Below, in pieces: positions 1 to 12,760 of a DNA stretch of 64,000 nucleotides (positions within the stretch are counted from its first letter, which is position 1; each line of letters starts with the position of its first letter). The notes under the pieces are model-generated. The model did not search any database and was not told the DNA's origin. It saw nothing but the letters and a program-made list of their open reading frames with translations. Both the position numbers and the translations under genes were made by a program. The DNA is from Pseudogymnoascus verrucosus (lineage: Eukaryota), in assembly GCA_001662655.1 (NCBI GenBank), contig KV460210.1, one strand, 5' to 3'.

Positions 1-1296
1 CCAAGATGGCGGTGAAGGTCAAAGATTTTCCGGTTGAATTCTCCCGTCATCATATCCCGTTCGAAGTATCCCATGCATTCGTTCATTACTGTTCTGATCA
101 TGGGCCGCACATGGGGTCCAAGTTGTTCGATGATCTTGAACTCTGCCGGGGTAAAGCAAGTCATTGGCCCGTTTTCTGCGAGTGTCATGCAGGCTCGGTA
201 GTTATCGATGCCATCCTCCGGCAGAAATGATGGGATTTCTGGGCCTGAATATCGCTCCTATGATTGCCAGTGTCAGCAGTTTGCTTCGCTGGGCATTGTG
301 GCACTCATACAGTTGGACGCCAAAGTCTGGCATATGTAAAGGTTGTCTGGTATCCAAAGTTAGCCCCTTGTTCTCCATTTTATAAGTCAGTGATAAGTGG
401 GATTCCATACAGGCCTTGGAGTTTTCGAGAGGTTCCGCTCTTTTGCACATGGCCCCAATATGTCAAACCTGAGTTGCTGAATGATTTCCCACATGCTTCT
501 CTCCATGTCCTCCAACCTGGACCTGCAACGAGGCAAGTGCTCGACCCAGGCCATATAGAAATCCCAAACTTCCTCGGCCAATATGGCATTGTCATCCACG
601 GGACACTTCAGAGTCGCCGCTCGAGCGATACGTTCTGCACTCCAGGACGTCAAGTGCGCCAAAGATAACACTACTGGTTTCTGAGATGTTGAAATCCCTG
701 GAAACCAATAGTCGAAGCAAACTGCAGTACAACGGCGGCGAAGGTCGCCGGCACCTGGTTGAAGTCCCTCGGATCGTAGACGGGGAACCATGTCGGATAA
801 AAGTCTGGAGGATATATCAGCAATGTCCAAAAGGATAGAACGATGCACCTACTGTTAGAAATATGGGGTGCTCTGGTATTTTTTGTTTGTAATTTATACT
901 TGCTTCTTATCAGCCAGACTTGAGCGAGGGCCTGTGAAGTGTGTTATAATATCAATACGGAGCGAATACATAATCATGCTGTAGCCATTCAAGTATTCAC
1001 TATTGTCATTCATGGAAATAAGATGATTCACTCGATGAGATAACTGACTGTCCTGCCATGCCTCTATGAATAATTTAGCTGGACACTGATGCTGGGCTGC
1101 ACTTGCATTTTTAAGAGCTATATCTACAGGAAACAAGCCATGACCAAAAAAACTTATGTGACAGCAGGTGAGAATTTAAAAAAGACAAACATCATCTATG
1201 GTGAGAGAAAACTGCCATACTATCTCTGGTATCCCAAAATCCACCCGGAGAGCTTCGTGGTGCCTGGGGGATTTGATACTTGATAAATTGACCCAT
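1..1296 (-). CDS. Hypothetical multi-exon protein, 3' end runs off the window
   Basis: ATG at 1296 (MGQFIKYQ...). GT-AG introns at about 1124-1220, 849-899, ~370-410 (acceptor uncertain) and 258-310 link ORF pieces 894-1136 and 387-848 to an open frame (FLPEDGIDNYRACM...FDLHRHL) that reaches position 1. No family recognised. Confidence 0.55.
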
Positions 1297-1861
1297 GTGG
1301 CTGATAAACGCGTTATGTCATATTTGTTTATAAAGAGGAGTCTCAGGGATGTCTCAAGAGGGGAACCTCCTCAACTCAAATAGCACCCTAATTCTTGCAA
1401 GTAATCACTGCCTGACTTTCCAACGAACCGCATCCGGCCGTCTTTTGCCCTAAATACTTCGGCTTTCCAAGGTACTGTGTGTGGGTGGGCCTCCGCTTGT
1501 GGTGGACCATTGCAGTTTCCATGAAGTGGAGGAGTTTAAACCTTCGGGGTGTTATTTAATACTTAGACTTCCCTAACATCCTTGGACCATGCATCACCAC
1601 ACTTAAAACCATGCCTTCAAGCATTACCACGAAAGGCATAATCAGCAATTATCATAAACAGCGCTTCGAAGTCGCGACGGCTCTATTTTCCTTCATTCTG
1701 GCCAGCCACAGATCGGCCCTTATCGTTATCGGAGTGGATCTCCTCCCCCCAGCAACGCGCATTGGCGTCATCGGTAAACAAATAGCTTCAAATTCATGTT
1801 CTCAAACTGGAACTGCCGACAAGTCGACCTGCTACAGGACTTGCAAGATTCCTTAATTGAC

Positions 1862-3724
1862 ATGGCCCTGGATCCAAGGTTAATGCCAGGCGTGGCAGCT
1901 GAGCTGCGCTCTATTCGATCTTCCGCGTCAACACCATCGCTTCGGTCGAGGGACGGAAGCATCACGCCCAGCGGCAGCAGAATGGAACCTGGGGGAAACG
2001 TGCGCGTGGTGGTGAGAGTACGAGGGTTTCTACCAAGAGGCAAGCTATTCACGAATTAGTCGCGGGAATTATACTGACGCACCGCAGAAATCGAGAGAGG
2101 AGCGGAATGCCTTGTCAACATGGACCCTGTGTCTCAAGCAACAAAGCTTCTTGTCCCCAACGATACGGATCCGGCGAATTCGAGACTGAAGATGCGCAAA
2201 GTGATGGAAGAGAAACAATTTACATTTGACAATTCTTTCTGGTCGCATGATAAAGCAGATGAGCATTATGCTCACCAGGAGGACGTCTATAACAGTCTGG
2301 GTGAGGAGTTTCTAGACCACAACTTTGAAGGATACCATACTTGCATCTTCGCGTATGGGCAGACAGGATCTGGAAAGTCATACACCATGATGGGAAACCA
2401 AGAACAACCTGGACTTATCCCTCGGACATGCCAAGATTTGTTCCAGCGCATCGAAGCCGTGGACGAGCCCAACATCACATACAATGTCCGAGTCTCATAC
2501 TTCGAAGTCTACAACGAGCACGTCCGAGATCTTCTCGTCCCTAGACAAGATCCCCCGCATTACCTGAAAATCCGCGAATCTCCAACAGAGGGCCCGTATA
2601 TCAAGGACCTTACAGATGCTCCTGTCAAGTCAATCTCGGAAATCATGCGCTATATGAAGATGGGAGACCTGAGCCGAACAACAGCAAGCACAAAGATGAA
2701 TGACACATCATCTCGCTCGCACTCTGTCTTCACAATCATGTTGAAGCAGATTCACCACGACATGGACACGGATGAAACGACCGAAAGGACGGCCCGAATT
2801 CGACTTGTCGATTTAGCTGGATCTGAACGTGCAAAGGCAACAGAGGCCACTGGCACGCGCCTGCGCGAGGGCTCTAACATCAACAAATCTCTCACCACAC
2901 TCGGCCGCGTTATTGCCGCCCTTGCCGACCCCAAAAGTAGCAGAAACGGCGCAAGCAAGAGGAATAAAGACGTCGTCCCCTACCGAGACTCGATACTCAC
3001 CTGGCTCCTAAAGGACAGCCTGGGCGGAAACAGCAAGACCGCAATGATCGCCTGCATCGCCCCAGCCGACTACGACGAGACGCTTAGCACGCTCCGTTAC
3101 GCTGACCAAGCGAAGCGCATCCGCACCCGAGCAAAGGTCAACCAAGACCACGTCTCAGCCGCGGAACGCGAGGCGGAAATTGCCAATATGGCCGAGCAGA
3201 TCCGCATGCTAGAACATCAGCTCAGCATGACCGAGACGCGCAAGAAGGACGTCGGCGCAGAGAAGCTGGCAGAGGAGCGGGTGGAGGAGTACCAGAACCA
3301 GGTTGGCAAGCTGCAGCGGCTGATGGAGGAGCGGAGTATGGTGGCGGATGGGAAGATTAAGACGTTGCAGACGGAGAATGAGGCGCTTAGGTTGCATCTT
3401 AAGCTGGCGCTGGATACGCTGAAGAATCCGATTCCGGAGGTGCCGAGCGTGAGGAGGAGTATATCTGGTGAGGACATACCGCTGTTCAGCACAGAGAGGG
3501 GGTTGGATAAGGAGAATATGGAGTTTGTGGATGCGGGACAAGAGGGGCACGCGGAGCATGTGTATGAGGATGAGGATGAGGGAGATGATCATCATCATGA
3601 GAAGGCGACGGAGATGCAGGATCATATGCAGGACTTGTTGAAGGATTTGGGCATGTTCAGACGCAAGATCGTGGATGATAAGTCGAGGTTTCTCTCGCCA
3701 TTGATGGAGAGGGTCAATCGGTGA
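1862..3724 (+). CDS. Kinesin-3 family motor, short fungal form (motor plus coiled coil, no FHA/PH tail)
   Basis: NVRVVVRVR start of the motor, FTFDNSFWSH, P-loop GQTGSGKS, SSRSH, LVDLAGSER, VPYRDSILTWLLKDSLGGNSKT. One GC-AG intron at 2040-2087. Confidence 0.93.
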
Positions 3725-4006
3725 GGTGTTTGTGGGGGATTTTTTTTACGACTGTATGAATGTTTTTATTGGGATAGCGCTGGCGTCGAAGGGGTGGGGA
3801 ATCGGGTTCTGTGTTGGGAAATGGCATCCTGGGGATAATGGATGTCGTAGGGTGTCACTTCTTAGGATTATGTATGCATCATTGGACTGTAGTTTGAAGC
3901 AGTAGTAGCTTCAGCGGGTTTCATTCTAAGTTGATCCAAGTCCGCCATAAGTTCTAAGTATGGGTATCTTGCTCTATTACGTGCTGTGCTTCCGTAGAAT
4001 CTTGAA

Positions 4007-5853
4007 TCATAAACTTCCAAGCAGCTCCTTTCCAATCTCAGTTATCAATGCTTCGTTAGGGAATGACCCCTTCTTCGACAGTATCGTGTCCTGGGCATCC
4101 AAACTCTTGAGCAGGTCAACCACTTCTCCGTCTTTCCTTGCGCAGTAAATTAGCTGTCCGAGGGCTAACAAGAATCCATTCAATGCTTCATGCGATTCCT
4201 CCTCTGTACGAATAGCTTCTAATAGGGATGCAGCCAGCTCGACTTGGTCGTCTTCTGGCAACGCCTCGTGGTGATCTTCTCTGCGTACCAGGCTGTTTGC
4301 AGTAGCAAGGTTCAAGGCTACAGAAGCAGCTGCAATGCGGACATTCTGATGTTTTTCATCTAGTAAACAAGAGGCAGTAAGTTGAATGATCGGGATCCTC
4401 AAAGCCGAACAATTCAGGATGTGGTGGATGTATAACGAGGAGGAAAACAAATTGCAGGTCAGTTGCAGGGCGACGAGCCTCAGGGCGTATGGAGGGTCCT
4501 CAGCATTGTTGGCATACTCCAGTAGCGGTGCAATAGTCTTGTGGTCCTTTTCTTGGGCATAATACCCGCTGAATCGAGGGTCGGCGATGGCGATGCGGAC
4601 TAAGTCCAGCACGGCAAACATTTTCTCAACAGGCACAGTTGTGATTGATTTCCGTAGAAAGTGACTGAAGGCATCCAGGTCAGGCAGTGTAGACGCCGCG
4701 GCACCCTCTGCCTCGCTGGTGGCTATGAAGTATTTGACTCCTTGCACAGCTGGTAGTCGACCTGCGTCGCCGATCTTTGCTAACAATTTATCCAGCGGTG
4801 GGATTCGTTTGAAGACGATTGGCTTCACCGAGGCCCCTCGTAATTTTGGGAGTTTGAGAGACTCGTGCGGGTGTGCAGGCCACGCCATTACCGTCAGCAG
4901 TTTAACGTTACCTCGCAGCGTATTCACATCTGCGCCAGACCAGCGACGCTCTTCTTTGCCGCTTAGGAACGTGACAAAGGTTGGAGTGGCATTTACCGAG
5001 AATGCCTGCTGCACGCCCATAGCCTTGCCAATGTCAATTTTGATAAACACGCATTTATGAGACAGCTCGGCTGCAAGCTCTGCAAAAACCGGATACAGAG
5101 GTTGGCATGGTGGGCAAGTCGCGGATGTGAAGAACACGACTGCACAGGACTCATGCGCGGAAGCGAGCAGGTCGTTCAGTTCTTTGAGATTGACAGGCGT
5201 TCTGACTGCTTCTGCACGCTGACGGGAATTTAGGTTTCTCGCAGTGATAGCTGTATCATCTTCGATGCCGAGCAGCCCTCCTGTTCGTGATCGATTTTGG
5301 CTGTTTCTAATTGCATCATCGATCGCTGGTTGCAGCAGCCGTCCCATGGGGCTGTTGAGCACGGTCTGGGGCATGTCGGTGATGTGGCTTGGGATACCTT
5401 TTCCGACCAGGAAAGTTGCAAAATCATTTGTGAAGTTATTGCAGTTGTGTCGCCAAAGGTCATACGCCTGAACTGGCATCAGTCTTGATTATGTCTTTTG
5501 AGAACTGGTGAGACAACCGGGGCTCACCTCGAACGTGTAAATCGGCCGTAACGATTCGAAATAATCTTGGATAACCTCCATGGGAAGCTCGGTTTTTCCC
5601 AGTACCATCTTCCTCAAAGGCTTCCCCAGATGGGTCGATCCTGGTTTGACCTGTTTTAATCCGCCGTCGTAGACCTATATGTGTTAATAAGAAGGATGTT
5701 AGAGGGGTAGTCTGGAGCGCAACGCACATATTCCACACCTTCTAACACAATAGACGTGTGGTAGATGGCATCGAGCTGGACGCCGATCAGGCTCGCAGAC
5801 ATCATTCGCACAAGACCTCGAGAGAGATCATACATATAAAGGGAGACTTCCAT
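4007..5853 (-). CDS. PPPDE/DeSI peptidase - thioredoxin - PUL domain protein
   Basis: Exon 1 has VSLYMYDLS and YHTS (catalytic His). Exon 3 has HNCNNF (catalytic Cys), a Trx-like FFTSATCPPC and a helical PUL-like C-terminus. Two GT-AG introns near 5675-5728 and 5468-5527. Confidence 0.88.
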
Positions 5854-6485
5854 GGCGCGTGTTGTTCCAAGCTGGGCGACGATGTAAGAAGAGGGAACGC
5901 ATTGTCTAAAACATAATCCAGGGTCTAACTGAACGAGGAAACGGGGGAGAATGCGGACGTAGAGACTGTAATTTTAACGAACAAGATGTATTGGGTTTCT
6001 AGGTAAGACGGAGATATATAATGCTAGAGGGATATCTGGAGGCAAACGCGAATACGCGTTTCTTAGAAATCGGTCATGGACATGGAAAGTCACATGTATG
6101 CCACCACTGGCCCTTATCGCCGATTGTGGCGGTACAACTATCGTGCGGTCTCCTATCTCCGGCCGGTGTGGTAGTGTGTGGCGTATATACTGTGGCAATG
6201 CCTTACCTAATCCGAATCTCTCGCTGGTTTCGGACTTCCTAGGTTTCAAGGGTACTCCACTTACTACTCTTACTATGGTATCTGCGTGGGTTCGACCAAC
6301 AAACACAGCCCAGCCAAGTCGACAGCCAAGTTCGAAATCTCCCTTCTTGGACAGGGGTTGCCCCAGACTTAATTGGACTTAATTGACCACCCCGTCGACT
6401 TCTCCAAAATACCCCTCTGAGCCAGAAAAGGAGAACACATGTGTTGCTCTCCTTTCGACAAGAAACGAGTTGCTTAATCTTCTCC

Positions 6486-8283
6486 ATGAGACGCATTTCT
6501 GTATCGCTCCCGACCAGAAATAGCCAACGTGATCCACACGAAAAGCTGGCTCGATACGGAACCCCCCCAGGGGCATCGACCCTCAAAACAAAAATTGACA
6601 GTGTCAAAACCGCCTGGATGACGCAAAGTCAGCGCTCGAGGTACATGAAGACGGGGAGCATCCTCCTCTTCATCGTATTCCTCTTCTACTATCTTGCGCC
6701 TAAGGGTGTCCATGTTGGGAGCGGCTCAGGGAGCGGATCAAATGCCGTATCGTCTGGCTCAAATGGTGTATCTAACGCTGAAGGTATGTTCCACGCCCTG
6801 TTTGCGCTTTTATCTGGTATACGGCGGATCTAACACGATTTACACAGTGAGCGCCGCAGGTTCCACGACATGCACGAAATCTAGCGATCCATCAAAACCT
6901 CTCAAGCAATATGTTCTTATGATCGATGCAGGAAGCACCGGGTCGCGTATTCATGTATACCGCTTCAACAACTGTGGCCCGACGCCTTACCTAGAAGACG
7001 AGGCGTTTAAAATGACGGCCAAGGTCGAGGGAGGGTCGTCAGGGCTTAGCTCATTCGACGGCGACGCAGAAGGTGCTGCCAAGAGTTTGGATATGCTCAT
7101 GGATGTTGCCATGGAGTATGTGCCAGAAAACTTGAGGTCTTGCAGCCCTGTCGCAGTCAAGGCTACTGCCGGACTCCGGAAACTGAGTGGTGATAAGAGT
7201 AATAATATTCTTGCTGCTGTTCGTACTCGACTTGAGACCAAGTATCCGTTCCCAGTCGTTGCGGGTAAGGAGGGCGTGGAGGTCATGGAAGGTATGGACG
7301 AAGGTGTTTATGCCTGGATCACAACCAACTATCTCCTTGATAGGATAGGAGGCCCAGATCATATCCCAACAGCAGCAACTTTTGATCTCGGAGGCGGATC
7401 TACCCAAATTGTCTTCGAGCCGACGTTTAGGACCGGAGCTGGTGGTGTTCCCGAGAAAATGGCACCGGGTACCCACAAGTACGATCTTGACTTCGGTGGG
7501 CGACACTTCGAACTCTACCAGCAGTCCCACTTGGGCTACGGGCTTATGGAATCCCGCAACTCCATTCATAAACTTGTTATCAATGGTCTTCTCGCGGAGA
7601 ATCCAGACGACAAGGCTTGGCTTAAAAAACCAATTGTCAACCCTTGCATTGCTCCTGGTATGACGAAAGAGGTCAAAATAGAGATGGATAAAGGCCATGA
7701 CCTTGGCCCGCTTCTTATTGTTAACATGACGGGCCCTTCGTCACCCGCCCCTGCTCAATGCCGCGGGTTGGCGGAGAAGACCCTTAAAAAGAGCTCTGAG
7801 TGCCCGCTTGCACCATGTTCATTCAACGGTGTCCATCAACCATCCCTCGAAAAGACCTTTACAAAGGAGGACGTGTTCATTTTCTCTTACTTCTACGACC
7901 GCACGGCACCACTTGGAATGCCAGAGTCGTTCACATTGAGAGAGATGCACGATCTCACTCATCAAGTTTGCCAGGGAGAGCCAGCCTTTAATACATTCGC
8001 AAGCATCCCAGACGCCGTAAAAGAGCTAAAGGAGCGCCCAGAGTGGTGCTTGGATCTGAACTTCATGATGGCATTGTTACATACTGGATATGAGATGCCA
8101 ATTGATAGAGAGGTGAAGATCAATAAGAAGATCCGAGACTTTGAGTTGGGATGGTGCTTGGGAGCCAGGTAAGACTTCTATATTTATGATACCCCACTAC
8201 AGTATATACTAACTGCGTATAGTCTTCCTTTATTGGCGAAGAACTCTGGCTGGACATGCAAAGTTAGTGAGGTGTCACACTAA
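6486..8283 (+). CDS. GDA1: Golgi guanosine diphosphatase (GDA1/CD39 apyrase)
   Basis: N-terminal type II TM (ILLFIVFLFYYL). Apyrase conserved regions IDAGSTGSR, KATAGLR, EGVYAW, DLGGGSTQ, GWCLGA. Introns about 6784-6847 and 8169-8222; stop TAA at 8281-8283. Confidence 0.93.
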
Positions 8284-8473
8284 ACGACTAGTTATGAGAA
8301 TGCATCATAGGCGTCTGTGGCTTTTGTAATAACCTTGAACTGTATTAATATTGGGATATAGACGATGGCTGCCTCGCAGCCACGTATTTTATAAGTAGAA
8401 GTTTCCTTCATAACGAAGCCTATGCCAGTCCTTTGCTTTTGACCACCGCACGTGCTGTAAACACGATATTCTG

Positions 8474-9599
8474 TCATAGAGGAACTTCAACGGACCCAAT
8501 AACATCGTCAATGACTGCATCGGGGCCCATTCCTTCCAAAACCGCAGCCACTGCATCGATATTGCTGCCCCACTGGACACTTCTTTCCCGTTCAGGCGGT
8601 GTGATACAGATACGATGCGGATATATCTTCTTCGCCGCCAATGTTACCAGCGAAGGCGTAACATAGCGTAGGCCATGCAGTGGCGCCAGTGATTTTGCCA
8701 ATTTTGTAAAGTGACTAGTTGCCAATGGTGAGATCCCTCCAGACACCGCGCGGTGTAGACGAAGAAATGCGATGATGTTCATGATGTAGCCATTTACTTC
8801 GACACTCATAAAGACGTCGTGGCCGGAGCGTTGTAGAGCAACAATATCAGTTGCCGCGAACACTGGGTTCAGCGAGGGCTCTATATGGCCATCGCTCTTC
8901 CTCACAACAGAGGATATCGATTCAGCGTCACTCTCCTGCTCGTCTATGTTTGGATACCCGTCCTCGTGGCTATGGAAATGGGATATGAACATGTGATTAT
9001 TAAGATGTTCAGACAGGCGAGGTCCTTCCCCACCAGCTATCACGGCGATGAACAAGAAGCGTTTTGGGGCGTTTTGGACTGATGTATGCGTGAAAATGCG
9101 TTTAGTACGGATCAGCTCCAGAGCTTGGATCTGGACTGACTTGGGCGCTTCATCGAGGTCCTTGGCGATGATGACGGATGCTATCTTGCGGGAGTCGGCG
9201 AAAGATTCTGAGCGCGGAGAGGAGCGAGAGAGAGAACGGAAGCCAGGAGATGGCTGGAGGTGGGAGTCATGGCGGTAGCGGGCTGGAGAGTCCGCACGTG
9301 GGGAAACAGGGAGGTCTGTGTAGAGGGCGTTATCGAAGTCCTCCAGGGTCGTCTGCTCGGAGCAGTCTACCACCGCGTGGGAGAGCCCAAAGACATTAGA
9401 GGCAATCTATGGATATGTTAGTAACAGAAATGGCACTGTAGAGATGGAAGCTCACAAGCCGCAACTCATGGACTAGATCTTGGACAGAATCGGGGTCTGT
9501 GTCAATGATGCAGTGCTCTTCATTTGTGAGACATAGGAGTGCTGCAAGTTCCAAATCGCTCAAGTTTGAAATCTTGTCGAGAAGTGCCTCTTCAGCCAT
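8474..9599 (-). CDS. MTC2-like protein (degenerate AAA+/MoxR-like with lid domain)
   Basis: LSDLELAALLCL N-terminus, IIAKDLDEAPKSVQIQALEL, FLRLHRAVSGGISP, YVTPSLVTLAAKKIYPHRI. One intron about 9407-9455. Confidence 0.62.
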
Positions 9600-9942
9600 G
9601 GAGCCATCAGGTGTAGATTAGCTGATCAAGCATTGATGTGAGTCTGGCGGTGATGATGGCGAGGCTGACGTTCTAAAACGGTAAGAGGTACGACGATGCA
9701 GGCGAACCCACGAGGCTGTGGCGGCGTCATCGCCTTGGCCCGCAGACCAAGCGAGGCTCAGTGGTACGTATATGTCCACGACGGACCATGATGAATTCCA
9801 AGCTTGAGCTGTTGCAACACAATCACCATCTTTCATTGTCAACTCAGGGCACAGCTATCTGAATCGCTTGCGTATTGCACTGAACTAAGTAAGAAAGCTA
9901 AAAACTATCTCGACTTGAGTCCCTCGACTCCGGCCGCCCAAC

Positions 9943-12357
9943 ATGATGTCCGGGTGGTTTGCCTCCAACACGGCGCTAGATGAGCAGATCGAGCGGGCAA
10001 CGTCCTCCAGCTTGTAAGAACGCCACCGCTGTCCAAATGATTTACATAGCTAATGCGAGTTAGAGAGGATATATCCCTGAATCTCGAGATATCCGATGTC
10101 ATCCGGTCGAAAACTGTGCAGCCGAAGGAGGCCATGCGGTCTCTGAAGCGGAGAATAGGCAACAAGAATCCCAACTTCCAGCTAGGCGCACTTAATGTAT
10201 GCCTCCGATTACCTCGCCAGCGGAAGATAGAAGCTGACGTGTACACCTAGCTCACCGATACCTGTGTGAAAAATGGCGGTTCTCATTTCCTAGCAGAAAT
10301 CGCATCGCGCGAGTTCATGGACAACCTGGTGTCACTGCTTAAAGCCTACGGACCTGCGGCAGTGAATGACGAAGTCAAGAACAAGATCTTGGAATTAATA
10401 CAGACGTGGGCTACAGCTACAGAAGGCCGCCACGAACTATCATATATTGGAGAGGTTTACAGGACATTGCAGCGTGAGGGATATAAGTTCCCACCCAAGG
10501 TGGACGTTGCTAGCAGCATGCTTGACAGTAGTGCCGTGAGTACACCCTCATTATTTAGCTCTTGGGCGCATGTTGACTGTTGTTTATAGCCTCCGGAGTG
10601 GACCGACTCAGAAGTCTGTATGCGTTGCCGAACCGCATTCAGCTTTACGAATCGCAAGCACCATTGCCGCAATTGCGGTAACGTCTTCGACCAACAATGT
10701 TCATCGAAAACGATCCCTCTACCTCATCTCGGTATACTTCAGTCGGTACGAGTTGACGATGGCTGCTACTTTAAGTTGACGGATAAGTCGTCGAAGGGGG
10801 GGGGTTCGTTTGCCATCTCGCCTCCGGCGCCTTACAAGTCAAGAACCTCGCCATTGCAGCCGATGCAGCCGAGAAATGCCAGGATAGATGATGGTTTCGA
10901 TGAGGATCTGAAGCGAGCACTAGCTATGAGCCTTGACGAAGTCAACGGTCAGGCAAACGGAGGTTACGTTCCCCAGGCAAAATTACAACAAAGTTCAGGG
11001 CAGCAAGAACAGGCAAATGGCGGAAGGCCAACCGCAAGCCCTACAAAGCCGGCAGAAGAAGAGGATGATGACCTCAAGGCTGCTATCGCTGCATCTTTGG
11101 CAGACATGGAGGAGCAAAAGCGCCAACATGCTGCAACCTTGAAAGAGTCCTCATCCAACAGAGCATCATCCGCCCCCTTCAAGTTGCAAAAGAACGATTA
11201 TGAGTTAACCCCGGTTGAAGCCGAAAATATCAACCTATTTTCTACGTTGGTTGATAGGTTGCAAACTCAGCCGCCAGGTACCATCCTTAGGGAACCACAA
11301 ATCCAGGAACTGTATGACAGCATAGGCAGTCTTCGCCCGAAGCTAGCGAGAACTTACGGGGAGACAATGAGCAAGCATGGTGAGCACGATCTACCATCCG
11401 TGACTATATCATATAGCTAACTATTTTACAGACACATTACTTGATCTTCACGCTAAGCTCTCCACTGTTGTTCGCTACTACGATCGAATGCTTGAAGACC
11501 GCCTATCCAACACATACAGTCAACACTCCCTCGGAGGATATAATATGCCGCCCCAACAGCGGCAAAATGCTTATCCATCAATCCCATCCAATTTGCAAGA
11601 AGGCCCTGGTGGGGCAGAGAGCTTCTACACAGGTCAGGCACCAGCACAGACCGCATCACCATATGGCGCGGGGCCTCCTCAGCAATATGGCGGATATGAC
11701 AAAATGCATACGGCCACTCCCGGGAACTATCCAGGCCTTGAGCAGCAGCGCGAAAGCTATCCTCAGCAAGCACAACCTCAAAGGACGGGCAGTTGGCAAG
11801 CAGCAAACCCTGCGGCAGGTCCATATGCCCAGCAGCAACAAAATGGGGCTCCTGGTTTCGCTCCCGGCCAGGCGCCTCCTGATCTTAAGCCTTCTGAGCC
11901 AGCAATGAGCCCTCCAACTGATCCAAATGCGGCATTCTACTACGGCTCCCAGCAGCCAGGCCAATCCAAGGAGGCCCCGTCGCAGCCACAGGCACCTCAA
12001 GGGCCATCAGACCCAAACCAGGGCTACTACGCAAGCCCACAACATCAGCATGCAATCCCTGACCCAAATATGTATACAAGTCCTCAACGGGGGCCATCTG
12101 ATCCCAACCAAACGCAATACTCTTCTGCTCCACCACAATCTCAGCAAGCACCACAGGCACAACAAACACAACCCTCACAGACCCCATACCAACAACCATA
12201 TTGGCAGAGTCAGCAGCAGAATACTGCGCCGCCGCAAGCATGGCAGGAACCATCTCCGGCTGCGTCGGGGTACACCCAGTCAGCATTTCCCTCGGCGCCT
12301 CAGCATGCCCCCCAAACCAAGGCCGCGGCTGTTGAAGAGCCTTTGATAGAATTCTAG
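9943..12357 (+). CDS. VPS27: ESCRT-0 subunit Vps27 (VHS, FYVE, two UIMs, GAT-like, Q/P-rich tail)
   Basis: [15 protein letters not shown] start, [13 protein letters not shown], UIMs [12 protein letters not shown] and [12 protein letters not shown]-terminal clathrin-box-like LIEF. Four GT-AG introns. Confidence 0.95.
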
Positions 12358-12760
12358 CGTTATTATCAGGATAAGGAAATACCAGGCGTTATACCAGGGT
12401 ACGATTGTAATGATATCTAAAATGGCACGGTTGTATTTTTAGGCGGGTGCAGAGGGCGAGTATTTATATTTCGAGTGATATATTAACTTATTCCCAAAGT
12501 CAGAGTATGGTGTCACGTGATACATTATCCCCAACTGCTTCCAATATTTTGATCCAACCCCATCCCTTCCTACCCTCTCCCCAACAGCTGAGTATAACTT
12601 CCAGATCTTACTTCACTGGTAAATATTGTTTTCTATTTTCTTACGTCTGAGGATACTCGTATCTTTATTTTGGGCATTGCTCCAGACAGTACCAATCAAG
12701 TTTCCAATTTCATACTATAGAGTCAAGCTTCTCTGTCCGTTTATATCCCTCTTCCATGGG

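Noticed and set aside
12513..12520. TCACGTGA E-box upstream of the REC114-like gene
   Set aside because: A single 8-mer is expected by chance in a window this size; no supporting evidence.
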